DNA from: a bacterium
Lineage (GTDB): Archaea; Thermoplasmatota; E2; JACPAO01; JAHFTW01
Length of the DNA stretch: 64,000 bases
Assembly (NCBI GenBank): GCA_040390065.1
Contig: JAZJZE010000011.1
Coordinates: 162,367-226,366 of the forward strand
Reading direction: 5' to 3'
Shown: positions 18,388 through 28,038 of the stretch, one piece after another
Layout of the letters: each line of letters starts with the position of its first letter
Position numbering within the stretch: position 1 is the stretch's first letter
Made by a program: the position numbers and the translations under genes
Notes under the pieces: generated by a model
The model's input: only the letters and a program-made list of their open reading frames with translations
The model's database searches: none
Told to the model about the DNA's origin: nothing

Positions 18388-20274
18388 TTAGGTTTGCCGA
18401 TTGGTTTTGTGGCCATCGCTGGGCAAGCCGTGGCCGGCTTCGGGGTAGAGGCGCTCGACGAGGAGCTTGAACTTGTCCTGGATGATGCGGCGCTTGAGCT
18501 TGAGGCTGGGGGTGAGTTCGCCGGACTCGACGGACCACTCGACGGGAACGATCCAGAACTTCTTCACCTGCTCGTAGCGGCTCAGCGTCGCATTGACCGC
18601 CTCCACCTCGGCCTCGACAAGACTGACGACGCGGGGGTCGGCGGCAAGGCGTTCGCGGTCCTTGGCCGCGATGCCGGCAGCCAAGGCGAAGGTCTCCAAG
18701 GCCTGCCAGTTGGGCACGACGAGGGCCGCGATGTAGTTGCGCTGCTCGCCCAGGATGCATGCCTGGGCGATGTGCGGTTGCAACTGCAGGGCGTTCTCGA
18801 TGGCCTGCGGGGCCACTTTCTTGCCGTTGGACATGACGATGATCTCTTTCTTGCGGTCCGTGATGAACAGGTATCCGTCGGCGTCGACGTAGCCGATGTC
18901 GCCAGTGTGGAACCAGCCGTCGGCGTCGAAGACCGCCTTCGTCGCCTCCTCGTTGCGCCAGTAGCCTTGCATCACGTTGGGGCCGCGGAAGCAGATCTCA
19001 CCCTCGGCGGGGCGGTCCGTCTCGTGCGGCCGCGTCGGCTCCCAGGCGCGTGTGTCGATGCGGATCTCGACGTGCGGGATGGTGCGGCCGACAGAGCCAA
19101 GGCGGATGCCACCCGGCCGGTTGACGTTCGTGACGGGGCTCGTCTCCGTGAGGCCGTAGCCTTGCAGGATCTGGATTCCCGCCGCCCAGAAGAACGACTC
19201 GATGTCACGGGACAGGGCCGCCCCGCCGGAGACGAAGTAGCGCAGACGCCCGCCCAGTCGGGCGCGAAGCTTCGCGAAGACCAGTTTGTCGGCGATGCGC
19301 AGCCTGCGCCCGAGGCCGCCAGGGACGGGCTTGTCCTCGATGCGGTACGGGATGGCTTTGCGGCCGGTCGCGATGGCCCAGGCGAAGATGCGGCGCTTGA
19401 GCCAGGATTCCTTGCCGATCGTGTCGCGGATGCGGGCGTGCATCTTCTCGTACAGGCGGGGGACCGACGTCATGATGGTCGGCCGGGCGTGCTGCATGTC
19501 GTCCATGAGCGTGTCGACGCTGCGCGCGAAGCAGACCTTGGCGCCAGCCGCGTAGGCGGCGAAGTGGCCCGCGGCGCGTTCATAGACGTGCGACAGGGGC
19601 AGGAACGACAGGAACGTGTCGCTCGGACCGAACTTAACGCAGCCCATGATCTCGTGGGCGTTCGAGGCGAAGTTGCCATGGGTGAGCACGACGCCCTTCG
19701 GCTCGCCGGTCGTGCCCGACGTGTACACGATGCTTGCCAAGTCGTCCGCGTCGATGCCGGCGACGGCCTCGTCCAGCGCCTCCCGATGCGTTTCGGCCCA
19801 GGAACGCCCCGCTGCAAGGAACTGCGACATGCCCTGGGCGCTTGGGTCGGAGCCGGAGAGGAGGACGACGCGCTCGAGGTCGCGTAGCCCCACGCGGACG
19901 GTGGACAGACGCGCGAGCAGTGCCGCGTCCTGGACGAAGAGCAGGCGGGTCTGCGAATCCTTGAGGATGTAGCCGCCCTTGTCGCCTGTGAGGGTGTCGT
20001 AGATCGGGACCGTGACGAAGCCCGCGGATTGGCATGCCATGTCGGCGGCAGCCCATTGCGGCGAGCTCTTGCTCCAGATGGCCACGCGGTCGCCCTTGCG
20101 CAGGCCCGCGGCGGCCAGCGCATTGGCCAGGTCGCGCACCGCGCGCCCGAACTCGAGGTAGCTGCGGCTCTGCCAGGCCGTGCCGTCGAACCATTCTTGC
20201 GCAGGGCGGTCGCCGTGGTCGCGCACCGCGTTCCAGAACAGTTCGGCGATGGTCGCAGCCGGCGCCACGCCCAT
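18388..20274 (-). CDS. Long-chain fatty acid-CoA ligase
   Basis: YTSGTTGEPKG, QGYGLTE, GWFHTGD, DRKK. Confidence 0.92.
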   Translation of the reverse strand: MGVAPAATIAELFWNAVRDHGDRPAQEWFDGTAWQSRSYLEFGRAVRDLANALAAAGLRKGDRVAIWSKSSPQWAAADMACQSAGFVTVPIYDTLTGDKGGYILKDSQTRLLFVQDAALLARLSTVRVGLRDLERVVLLSGSDPSAQGMSQFLAAGRSWAETHREALDEAVAGIDADDLASIVYTSGTTGEPKGVVLTHGNFASNAHEIMGCVKFGPSDTFLSFLPLSHVYERAAGHFAAYAAGAKVCFARSVDTLMDDMQHARPTIMTSVPRLYEKMHARIRDTIGKESWLKRRIFAWAIATGRKAIPYRIEDKPVPGGLGRRLRIADKLVFAKLRARLGGRLRYFVSGGAALSRDIESFFWAAGIQILQGYGLTETSPVTNVNRPGGIRLGSVGRTIPHVEIRIDTRAWEPTRPHETDRPAEGEICFRGPNVMQGYWRNEEATKAVFDADGWFHTGDIGYVDADGYLFITDRKKEIIVMSNGKKVAPQAIENALQLQPHIAQACILGEQRNYIAALVVPNWQALETFALAAGIAAKDRERLAADPRVVSLVEAEVEAVNATLSRYEQVKKFWIVPVEWSVESGELTPSLKLKRRIIQDKFKLLVERLYPEAGHGLPSDGHKTNRQT

Positions 20275-20345
20275 GGTCAAGCAGGCGTTGCCTATGAAGC
20301 CGTCGAGAAAGGTAGGGCTTCAAGCGGCACCACGGTGGGGGCGTC

Positions 20346-20981
20346 ATGGAATGGGACCCTGCACGGCGGGACGCGAAGGCGAACTACCGGTTCCTTGTCA
20401 CGGCGGTGGCGCCCCGCCCCATTGCGTGGGTCACCACGGTCGATGGCGCTGGCGTCGTCAATGCTGCGCCTTTTTCCTGGTTCAACACCATCTGCCCGGA
20501 CCCGCCCATGGTGATGCTCGCCGTCGGCCACCGGCCCGACGGCTCCCCGAAGGACACGGTGCGCAACATCCGCCACACTGGGGAGTTCGTCGTGAACGTC
20601 GTGACGCGGGACTTGGCCGAGCCGATGGTCGCCTCGTCGGCGGACTACGCCCCCGGCCAATCCGAGGTCGAGGCGTTGCACCTGGCGACGGCGCCGAGCC
20701 GGGTCGTGCGGCCTCCGCGCCTTGCCGCATCGCCGGTGCACCTGGAGTGCCGCCTGGAGCGCATCCTGCCAATCGGCCGGAACGACAACCACATGCTGGT
20801 GCTCGGCGCGGTGGTCCACATCGCGTGCGACGACGCGGTCCTCGACGCCCGCGGCAACGTCGACCCGGCGAAGGTCACGCTGGTGGGGCGCTGGGGTGGC
20901 GCAAACTACGTCGCAACCGAGCACGCCTTCCAGGTTCCCTGGCCGCAGGATCCCGGCGACGCGATGCGCAAGCCGCGCTAG
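20346..20981 (+). CDS. Flavin reductase family protein
   Basis: PRPIAWVTT, NAAPFS, KDTVRNI, EFVVN, LECRL. Confidence 0.9.
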   Translation: MEWDPARRDAKANYRFLVTAVAPRPIAWVTTVDGAGVVNAAPFSWFNTICPDPPMVMLAVGHRPDGSPKDTVRNIRHTGEFVVNVVTRDLAEPMVASSADYAPGQSEVEALHLATAPSRVVRPPRLAASPVHLECRLERILPIGRNDNHMLVLGAVVHIACDDAVLDARGNVDPAKVTLVGRWGGANYVATEHAFQVPWPQDPGDAMRKPR

Positions 20982-21328
20982 CGCGACGCCCGGACGAGCC
21001 GGCGGACGGCTTCCGAGTCGTGGTCGATACGCACTTCACTGACGCGGCCGTCGTGGGCCTCAAGGCGCAGCACGGCTGTCGGTGTCGGCCCTTCGCCGTC
21101 GTATTCGACGAGGACGGGTTCGCCGTCGACCAACTGCACGCGGCTTACCATGTTGTCGCCGAACTCCTTCTGCAAGGCGAGGCGTACCCCCTCGGGGCCT
21201 TCCCCTACGAGGCAGCCGTCCAGGATGGCACGCGACTGCGGCCCATAGTGCCCCAGCAACTGCTCGAGTTCATGGCCGTTGCAGCAGCCGGCGTGGACGC
21301 GCAGGAGCGCTTCTTTGTGGAAGGCCAT
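20978..21328 (-). CDS. Small SnoaL/NTF2-like protein
   Basis: VDGEPVL...AVLRL...DGRVSEV resembles the C-terminal SnoaL domain of ECF41 sigma factors. Confidence 0.45.
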   Translation of the reverse strand: MAFHKEALLRVHAGCCNGHELEQLLGHYGPQSRAILDGCLVGEGPEGVRLALQKEFGDNMVSRVQLVDGEPVLVEYDGEGPTPTAVLRLEAHDGRVSEVRIDHDSEAVRRLVRASR

Positions 21329-21517
21329 GGAGCACCTGAGTCGTTATGGCGCGTCCAGCATGATAAGGCCGAGGCGACCACCTGAACCCGTTCGTGTGCC
21401 AACCATGGCGGAGCGGGCGGGGCAACGGGCGACCAAGGATGCACCCCGGCGTCGTCGTCGTTCCGCCCGTCGCACCGCCAGGTTTGATAAGCGCCTGATC
21501 TTGGGTTTGCGCTGCCG

Positions 21518-24241
21518 ATGGAGAGTCCGACGCATTCGCGCATCGAGGCGGCGCTGGGCCGAGGCGTGGCGGGCGTCTGCACGTGGTCCGTCCGGAACCG
21601 CGGCTTCGTCCTCATTTTGGCCCTGCTCGTCACGGGCGGCCTTGGCTTCGGCCTGTCCAAGATCTACGTGCGCAGCGCCGACTACGACCTGATGCCGGAT
21701 GGCCACCCGTCCGAGATTGCCAACCGGCACGCGCTGGCAGAGGTGCCCGGCTTCCGCAGCGTCGAGACCATCTGGATGGAGGCGCGCGACCCGGATGGCA
21801 ACATCACCTCGCCGCAAGCCATCCGCGCGGCACAGGAGCTAGAGGACTACGTCCAGCAGCGCGTCCCCGAAATCTCGTACACGTATTCGCTGGCCTACCT
21901 CGTCAAGCTCGTCAACTACACACTCTCCGGCGTCCCCAACCCCCTGTGCAACATCCAGGTCCCAAGCGGCTTGCCGGCCGTCCCGCCACTTCCCCCGGCG
22001 CCCCTCCCGCCAGAGGCCTGCACCCCGAAGAAGCCGGACGAGGCCGCGTTCCGGTTGCCCGCCAACGACATGGACATCCAGCGCAACTACGACATCATTG
22101 CGCAGGCCAACTTCGGCGCCGTGCAGGGCGTCGTCGACGAGCGTTTCCACGGCACGCTTGTCATCTTCATGTACAATTTCACGATCACCCAGCAAGGCCC
22201 GGCCGCGGTGCTGCCCGCGAGCGAGCGTTTTCTGCACGTCGTCGAGGAGTTCAAGGCGAACGATTGCCAGAAGATGGCCATCCGGGAAGCGGACGGCGCG
22301 CCGCTGGTCAACTGCCCGCACATCTACGTCCTGGGCGAGGCCATCAACGCGCACATGACGGAGCTTGCCAACCAGGACTTCCTGTTCTGGGGCCCCATCG
22401 TCTTTGCCGCGACGCTCGTCGTCCTGCTCCTTGCATTCTGGTTCGACTGGGTCGCAACGGGTGTGGCGGCGCTCGCCTTCACCATCGGCCTGGTCTGGAC
22501 GTACGGCTTCATGGGCTACATGGCGATGCCCTTGACGTTCTTCGGACTGCTCATCGTACCCATCACACTCGGGGTGGGCAAGGAATATGCCATCTACGTC
22601 ACGAACCAGTACCTCGAGTACTCGGCCGAGGGCAAGGATCCCCAGGCCGCCTTCGGGCTCGTCGGCCGCCGCGCCGGTGCCGCGCTGCTTGTGGCATCCA
22701 TCACGTCGATCGTGGGTGTCGCCACCATGTCGCTTGCCCAGTTCTTCATCATGCGCGACCTTGCCATCCTGACGTGCTTCGCGTTTGCGGCCCTGTTTGT
22801 CATCTCCATCACCGTGATTCCAGCCCTGCACTCGCTGCGCAGCCGGCGGCACACCCCGCGCCCATTTCGGCCCGTTCGCTCGTTGTCATCGCTGGCCATC
22901 TGGCTGCGTCGGCACCGTGTCCTCGTCACCCTGGCCACCGTGGCGGTCACCTTCGGCGCCGCCGTGGAGGCCACCCACATCGAGGAATACTTCGGCATCT
23001 CGGGCGGCTTCCAGAAAGGCGACTACCTCGAGGAGTCGTACCGGTACTACAACGACGTGCTTGGTGGGTCGGGCACGGAACTCGTGGTCATCGAGACGAC
23101 GGACAAGGGGGTGGCCGATCCGTCCACCATCGACTACCTGAAAGCGCTCGACGCATCGTTCAAGGCCGACACCAAGACCATTCCCAAGGCGTCGAACGTC
23201 AATTCCCTCATCATCGCGCTGAACACGTATTACGCCCTTCGCGACGGCCTGCTGAACCCGAAGGCACTCGACGACCAGACATGCAAGGCCCCGTTCCCGG
23301 CCGAGCAGTGCCAGTCGCCGATCCCGCGCGACCGCGACACCGTCTATCGGGACATCAACGCCGCCTTCGATTCGCATGTGTGGGCGAGTCTCATGGCGCT
23401 GTTTACCGGCCGCACGGGCAACGTCGTCGTGACGCACGTCTTCTACCACATCGGCTCCGAGACGTACGACGGCCTGAAGCGCGACTGGGATTCCCTCAAC
23501 GCGGACATGGCCCCGTCCAAGGTGCCCCGGCCGGCGACGGTGACGAACGTCAACCTCGTCGGCACGCAGGACACGTTCTACCTGTACGTCACATACGGCC
23601 AACCCTGGCTGGAGTACGTCGGCTACATGGCCTCGTTCCTCACGCTGGCCGTCGCCATCCTCGTGGTCGGCCGAGGCCGCGATTTCGCTGCGCTGCTGCC
23701 AGGCGGGGTCTCCTTCTTCGCCTGGTTCACGGGGGTCTGGAGCCACGACCAGTCACTGTTGTTGCTGGCCGGCGCCGCAGGGGTCGTGACGGTGCTGTTC
23801 ATGTGGGCCTTGCGTTCGCGCGACGTCGCCGCCATCATGATCCCGATGATGCTCGCCTCCGTGTGGTGGGCTGGCCTCTTGCCGCTGTTTGGCATCAAGG
23901 CCAGCCTGACCCTGATGCTGCCCACGGTGTTCCTGATCAGCGTGGGCTCCGACTACGCCATCCAGTACGTGTGGAACTACCGCCAGATCGGCGACATGGC
24001 CAAGGTCTACGGCTCCACGGGCAAAGCCAACCTCTTCGTCGTCGCCGCGACGGTCCTGGCCTTCCTCCTGTTCGTGCCGATGAAACTCGTGCTGTCCAGC
24101 CAGGGCGCCCTGGCCGCAGCCCTGGCCATCCTCGTCATCTTCGTCGTCACCACCCTGCTGGTGCCCCTGTTCTATCCCGAAGGCGCCCCTCTCGGGCCAC
24201 CGGTCAAGTGGTACCGGGCCCGACCCGGTCGCCGGCGATGA
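21518..24241 (+). CDS. MMPL/RND family transporter
   Basis: Two repeats of large extracellular loop plus TM bundle; GVGKEYAI and SVGSDYAI motifs. Confidence 0.85.
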   Translation: MESPTHSRIEAALGRGVAGVCTWSVRNRGFVLILALLVTGGLGFGLSKIYVRSADYDLMPDGHPSEIANRHALAEVPGFRSVETIWMEARDPDGNITSPQAIRAAQELEDYVQQRVPEISYTYSLAYLVKLVNYTLSGVPNPLCNIQVPSGLPAVPPLPPAPLPPEACTPKKPDEAAFRLPANDMDIQRNYDIIAQANFGAVQGVVDERFHGTLVIFMYNFTITQQGPAAVLPASERFLHVVEEFKANDCQKMAIREADGAPLVNCPHIYVLGEAINAHMTELANQDFLFWGPIVFAATLVVLLLAFWFDWVATGVAALAFTIGLVWTYGFMGYMAMPLTFFGLLIVPITLGVGKEYAIYVTNQYLEYSAEGKDPQAAFGLVGRRAGAALLVASITSIVGVATMSLAQFFIMRDLAILTCFAFAALFVISITVIPALHSLRSRRHTPRPFRPVRSLSSLAIWLRRHRVLVTLATVAVTFGAAVEATHIEEYFGISGGFQKGDYLEESYRYYNDVLGGSGTELVVIETTDKGVADPSTIDYLKALDASFKADTKTIPKASNVNSLIIALNTYYALRDGLLNPKALDDQTCKAPFPAEQCQSPIPRDRDTVYRDINAAFDSHVWASLMALFTGRTGNVVVTHVFYHIGSETYDGLKRDWDSLNADMAPSKVPRPATVTNVNLVGTQDTFYLYVTYGQPWLEYVGYMASFLTLAVAILVVGRGRDFAALLPGGVSFFAWFTGVWSHDQSLLLLAGAAGVVTVLFMWALRSRDVAAIMIPMMLASVWWAGLLPLFGIKASLTLMLPTVFLISVGSDYAIQYVWNYRQIGDMAKVYGSTGKANLFVVAATVLAFLLFVPMKLVLSSQGALAAALAILVIFVVTTLLVPLFYPEGAPLGPPVKWYRARPGRRR

Positions 24242-24423
24242 TGGGCCGGGCCGCGGTCCTTATGAAATGCTGCCGGATAACGGCTTAAATGGCGAGCCGC
24301 CAACCGTCTCCTCTTGTGCTGCGCCTTGCCGGCGTGCAATCTTGGGATTCCCCAGGCGGGACCGCTGCGGTCAGCGCGGGCCCGGTAGAAATGTTCAAAG
24401 GCACGGGGTCCGGTCGCCCGCCG

Positions 24424-26556
24424 ATGCGGACACGTCCCGACCGGGCCAACCGAAGTCGCCGCAGGGTGAACCGGTTCAGAGGCGACCCGGACGGCGTCTC
24501 CGACGTCGTGGGATCCATCCTGCTGGTGGCCATCACGGTCATCATGGCGGGATTGTTGGCCCTCCTCATCTTCGCCTTCAAGGGGCCGGCCCCGACGTTG
24601 CAGAGCGACCTGGCCGTCTCCGTCGACCCGGGGGCTGGCGGCTGGGGGACCGGCGACGAAGCCGTGCGCATCCAGCACCGTGGCGGCGACGCGTTGGACG
24701 CGGCGGCAGCGACGGTCGGCATCACGATTGGCAGCACGGTCTACTCGTTCCAGGGCACGTCGCAGCTCGGCTCGGCGTGGGGCGACGGCAAGCTGACCAT
24801 CGGTGAGACCTGGCAACACACCTTCACCATCGATTCTGGCGCGTCGCTCAGCGTCAATGTTGTGACGTCCTCGGCCGGAACGACCCGGCTCCTGTCGGGC
24901 AACACCCTCGTTGCTTCGGCCATCAGCACGACGCAGCCCTGCCTGACGGACACCGTGGCCCCGACCGTCGCGCAATGGCTGCAGAGCCCGGCCACCCTGA
25001 CGGCGTTCACGACCGGCCCCGTCACCATCACGGTCCAACTCACCGACGACTGTTGGGGCGTGAACCCAAGCGGTGTGCCCGACCTGTTCTGGCGCATCAC
25101 GCCGACGACGGCGTACACCGACGAGGGCGCCATGACGGCGACTGGCCTCAATCGCTGGACCTCCACCATCCCGGCCCAGACGTGGAGTTCCCTCGTGGGC
25201 AAGACCGTGCAGTACCACGTCGGCCCCTTGGCGGACCTCGGTGGCAACACGGCAAACAGCCCCGACCAGGCGAGCCTGGTGCTCACGAACTGCGCCACGG
25301 ACAACATCGCACCGACCGTGCAGACACTGACGCAGAACCCCGCCGACGTCCGGACGACGACGACCGGAGCCGTCACCATCACGTTGGTGGCCACCGACGA
25401 CTGCGCGGGCGTCAGCCAGACCACAAACCCTCACCTGCTGTACCGCTTCAACTCCGGCGGCAACCAGGCCTACACGGACGGTGGCGCCATGACGCTCACA
25501 GCGACAAGCACCTGGCAAGGCACGATCCCTAGCCAGTCCTGGGCCTTGTTTGTCGGCTCCACCATTGAATACTACGTGAGCGGCTTCCTCGATGCCAACG
25601 GCAACTCCGGCAGCTCCACCGTGCAACAGGACCCCGTCGACGCGGTCTACACGTACAACTACGTCAACTCCAACACGCCCACGACGGGCACGGTGTCGGC
25701 CTTCGCCAACGCGCAATCCGCAAGCGACGCCGGCTTGGAGGCGACCCTGCAGGAGGCTGGAACGTCGGGATCCCCTGTGACCGTGACGTTCAACGCGAAT
25801 GGGGTGGCGCTCGGCACCGGCTGGTCAAGCGCGACGAATGCGTTTGCCTCCGACAACGCCTACGCCACGTACGCCACGGCAGCGCCCACCACCCTGAATG
25901 ACCTCAAGCTCGAATTGCAGGACCCGTCGGTCACGACGGGCACGATCACCGGCGTCGTGTTGCACGCCGAGGTCTCCATCCAAGGGTACAGCAACGACGC
26001 GTTCACCATCTACGCGTGCTTCACGGGCACCGTCACCTGCGATGCCCTCTCGACGCAGGGCGGGCAGTCCAGCTCGGACGTGACGATGAACTACGACATC
26101 TCCAGCCTGCGCCCCGGCGGCGGCTCGTGGTCGTGGACCGACATCTCCAACTTGCAGGGCGTCGTCAACCTGGTGCAAAGCGGCTCCAAGGACGGCACAT
26201 GGCGCGTCGACCGCGTCTGGGTCGACGTCACCTCCGTCACGACGACGTACACGACGTCCATCCAGTTCGGCTGGACCGGTGTCGCGGCCGGGACGACGCA
26301 CACGTTGGACATCAAGCACCGCGTCACCGGCGACACCTTCAACGTGCAAGTCTGCCAGGATGCCCTCGTGACGTGTGTGACCTGGACGACGCGCGGCAGC
26401 ACGCTCTCGTCGGGCTCCTCGACCACCTACACGTACGCCCTCACGACGCTGGAGTACAACGCCGGCGCGCCCCGCATCCGGTTCACCGACGTCAGCCCCA
26501 CCGGCACGACGCAAGGCAACCTCTTCATCGACTACGCGAGGGTGGACACACTATGA
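24424..26556 (+). CDS. Large type IV pilin-like adhesin (class III signal peptide)
   Basis: DG/VSDVVGSILLVAITV, IQHRGGDAL pilin motif, then Thr-rich Ig-like repeats; start uncertain. Confidence 0.85.
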   Translation: MRTRPDRANRSRRRVNRFRGDPDGVSDVVGSILLVAITVIMAGLLALLIFAFKGPAPTLQSDLAVSVDPGAGGWGTGDEAVRIQHRGGDALDAAAATVGITIGSTVYSFQGTSQLGSAWGDGKLTIGETWQHTFTIDSGASLSVNVVTSSAGTTRLLSGNTLVASAISTTQPCLTDTVAPTVAQWLQSPATLTAFTTGPVTITVQLTDDCWGVNPSGVPDLFWRITPTTAYTDEGAMTATGLNRWTSTIPAQTWSSLVGKTVQYHVGPLADLGGNTANSPDQASLVLTNCATDNIAPTVQTLTQNPADVRTTTTGAVTITLVATDDCAGVSQTTNPHLLYRFNSGGNQAYTDGGAMTLTATSTWQGTIPSQSWALFVGSTIEYYVSGFLDANGNSGSSTVQQDPVDAVYTYNYVNSNTPTTGTVSAFANAQSASDAGLEATLQEAGTSGSPVTVTFNANGVALGTGWSSATNAFASDNAYATYATAAPTTLNDLKLELQDPSVTTGTITGVVLHAEVSIQGYSNDAFTIYACFTGTVTCDALSTQGGQSSSDVTMNYDISSLRPGGGSWSWTDISNLQGVVNLVQSGSKDGTWRVDRVWVDVTSVTTTYTTSIQFGWTGVAAGTTHTLDIKHRVTGDTFNVQVCQDALVTCVTWTTRGSTLSSGSSTTYTYALTTLEYNAGAPRIRFTDVSPTGTTQGNLFIDYARVDTL

Positions 26557-27992
26557 CGCGCAAGGCCAACGACGATTCCGGGGTCTCGACGGTGCTGGGG
26601 GCCATCCTCATGTTCGGGCTCCTCATCATCACGTTGGTCACGATCCAGGCGAAGTTCGTGCCTGTCTGGGACCACGACCGCGAGGCCGACCACATGCAGA
26701 TCGTGCAAGGCCAACTGTCGGTCCTGAAGTCCGACGTCGACCGCCAGGCCGACAACCGCACTGGCCTGCCCATCACCGACCCCGTGACTCTGGCGGCCCC
26801 GACGGGTTTCCGCTTCTTCACACAGCCAAGCCCGGGGGGTTCCCTCGCGTTTTCCCCCGCCGGCACCGGCGGCGGTTTCACGGTCTCGTCGCCGCAGATC
26901 CACGTGCTGTCCCAGAACGGCCGGCAGATCTTCGCCGGGTCCGAGACGTGGACGCAGCTCATCACCGGGGGCTCCGTCAGCAGCGTGCTGGACATCCAGA
27001 ACCTGCGCGTCCGGGTGCTGAACGTGGATGCCACGCCCACGACGTACGACGGGAAGTCGGCCACACTCACGCTGACGGATGCATCGAGCCAGATCACGGG
27101 CGCCGTCAAGGTCACGTGGCTCAAGGGCTCCTCCGGCTTCACGCTGCAGTACCGCACCTACATCGGCGACCCAAGCCAGTCTGGCAACCAGCCCGTCTCC
27201 GTCGCCCAGGATTCCTTCGACCAGCAGGCCCTGCCGCCGTCGACTTGTCCAAATCGCACCCCGCCGCCGCCGGAGACGCCGTGCATCTACGTCGACCTGC
27301 TGCGTTCCGACCTCCAGTTCGACCAGGTCATCGCGCTCACCGGGACGCCGTTTACGGTCGCCATCTCCAACGACGGCCTCCTGGCCGACTACGCGATGGC
27401 GTACACCGTGCAGCCGGCCGGCGGCGGTTCCACCCAGGTCGGCGGCGGCGGCCGCGTCATCCCCAACTATTCCCAGAATCTCGCCAGCGGGTCTTTGACC
27501 TACGTGCAGCAGAACAACCGCTTCCCGGGCCAGACGTACATCCTCGAGCACGGGGGGCTCGTGCTGGTGCAATCCGACGGAAGCGCCATGGTGGTTCCGC
27601 CCGAGTTTTCCGCCTCCGTCGTGGCCGGCCAGACGAACATTCGCTGGGTGGTCCCGGCGCTCACCGGTTCGGCCAGCGGCATCGGCGGCGTCGGCCAGGC
27701 CAGCGTGACGCTCCAGCCCACGGGGGCGCGAGTCGACATGGTCGCGACGGCTCCCAGCCTGACGTTCGTCGTCACGAGCCTGAATCCGACAGTCTGGACG
27801 TCGTATTGGTCCACGACGCTGCAGCAGGCGGGTCTTGCGCCCCCCCAGTTTACGACGTCCTCGACGGCGACCACGGCGACGCTCAACGTGTATGGCGTCC
27901 AGAGCGCCCCGGGTTCCACCCTGGATGACATCGTCTTCACCTTCAAGGGCGGCACCAGCGCCGTCAACGCCCGCGCCGCGGGGGGCGGATGA
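26553..27992 (+). CDS. Second pilin-like protein (class III signal peptide)
   Basis: MTRKANDDSG/VSTVLGAILMFGLL, EADH, YILEHGG; ATGA-coupled to previous gene. Confidence 0.8.
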   Translation: MTRKANDDSGVSTVLGAILMFGLLIITLVTIQAKFVPVWDHDREADHMQIVQGQLSVLKSDVDRQADNRTGLPITDPVTLAAPTGFRFFTQPSPGGSLAFSPAGTGGGFTVSSPQIHVLSQNGRQIFAGSETWTQLITGGSVSSVLDIQNLRVRVLNVDATPTTYDGKSATLTLTDASSQITGAVKVTWLKGSSGFTLQYRTYIGDPSQSGNQPVSVAQDSFDQQALPPSTCPNRTPPPPETPCIYVDLLRSDLQFDQVIALTGTPFTVAISNDGLLADYAMAYTVQPAGGGSTQVGGGGRVIPNYSQNLASGSLTYVQQNNRFPGQTYILEHGGLVLVQSDGSAMVVPPEFSASVVAGQTNIRWVVPALTGSASGIGGVGQASVTLQPTGARVDMVATAPSLTFVVTSLNPTVWTSYWSTTLQQAGLAPPQFTTSSTATTATLNVYGVQSAPGSTLDDIVFTFKGGTSAVNARAAGGG

Positions 27993-28038
27993 CCGTGGCA
28001 AGCACCCTTCTTCCCTCGCACCCCCGCCACTCCAAAGG

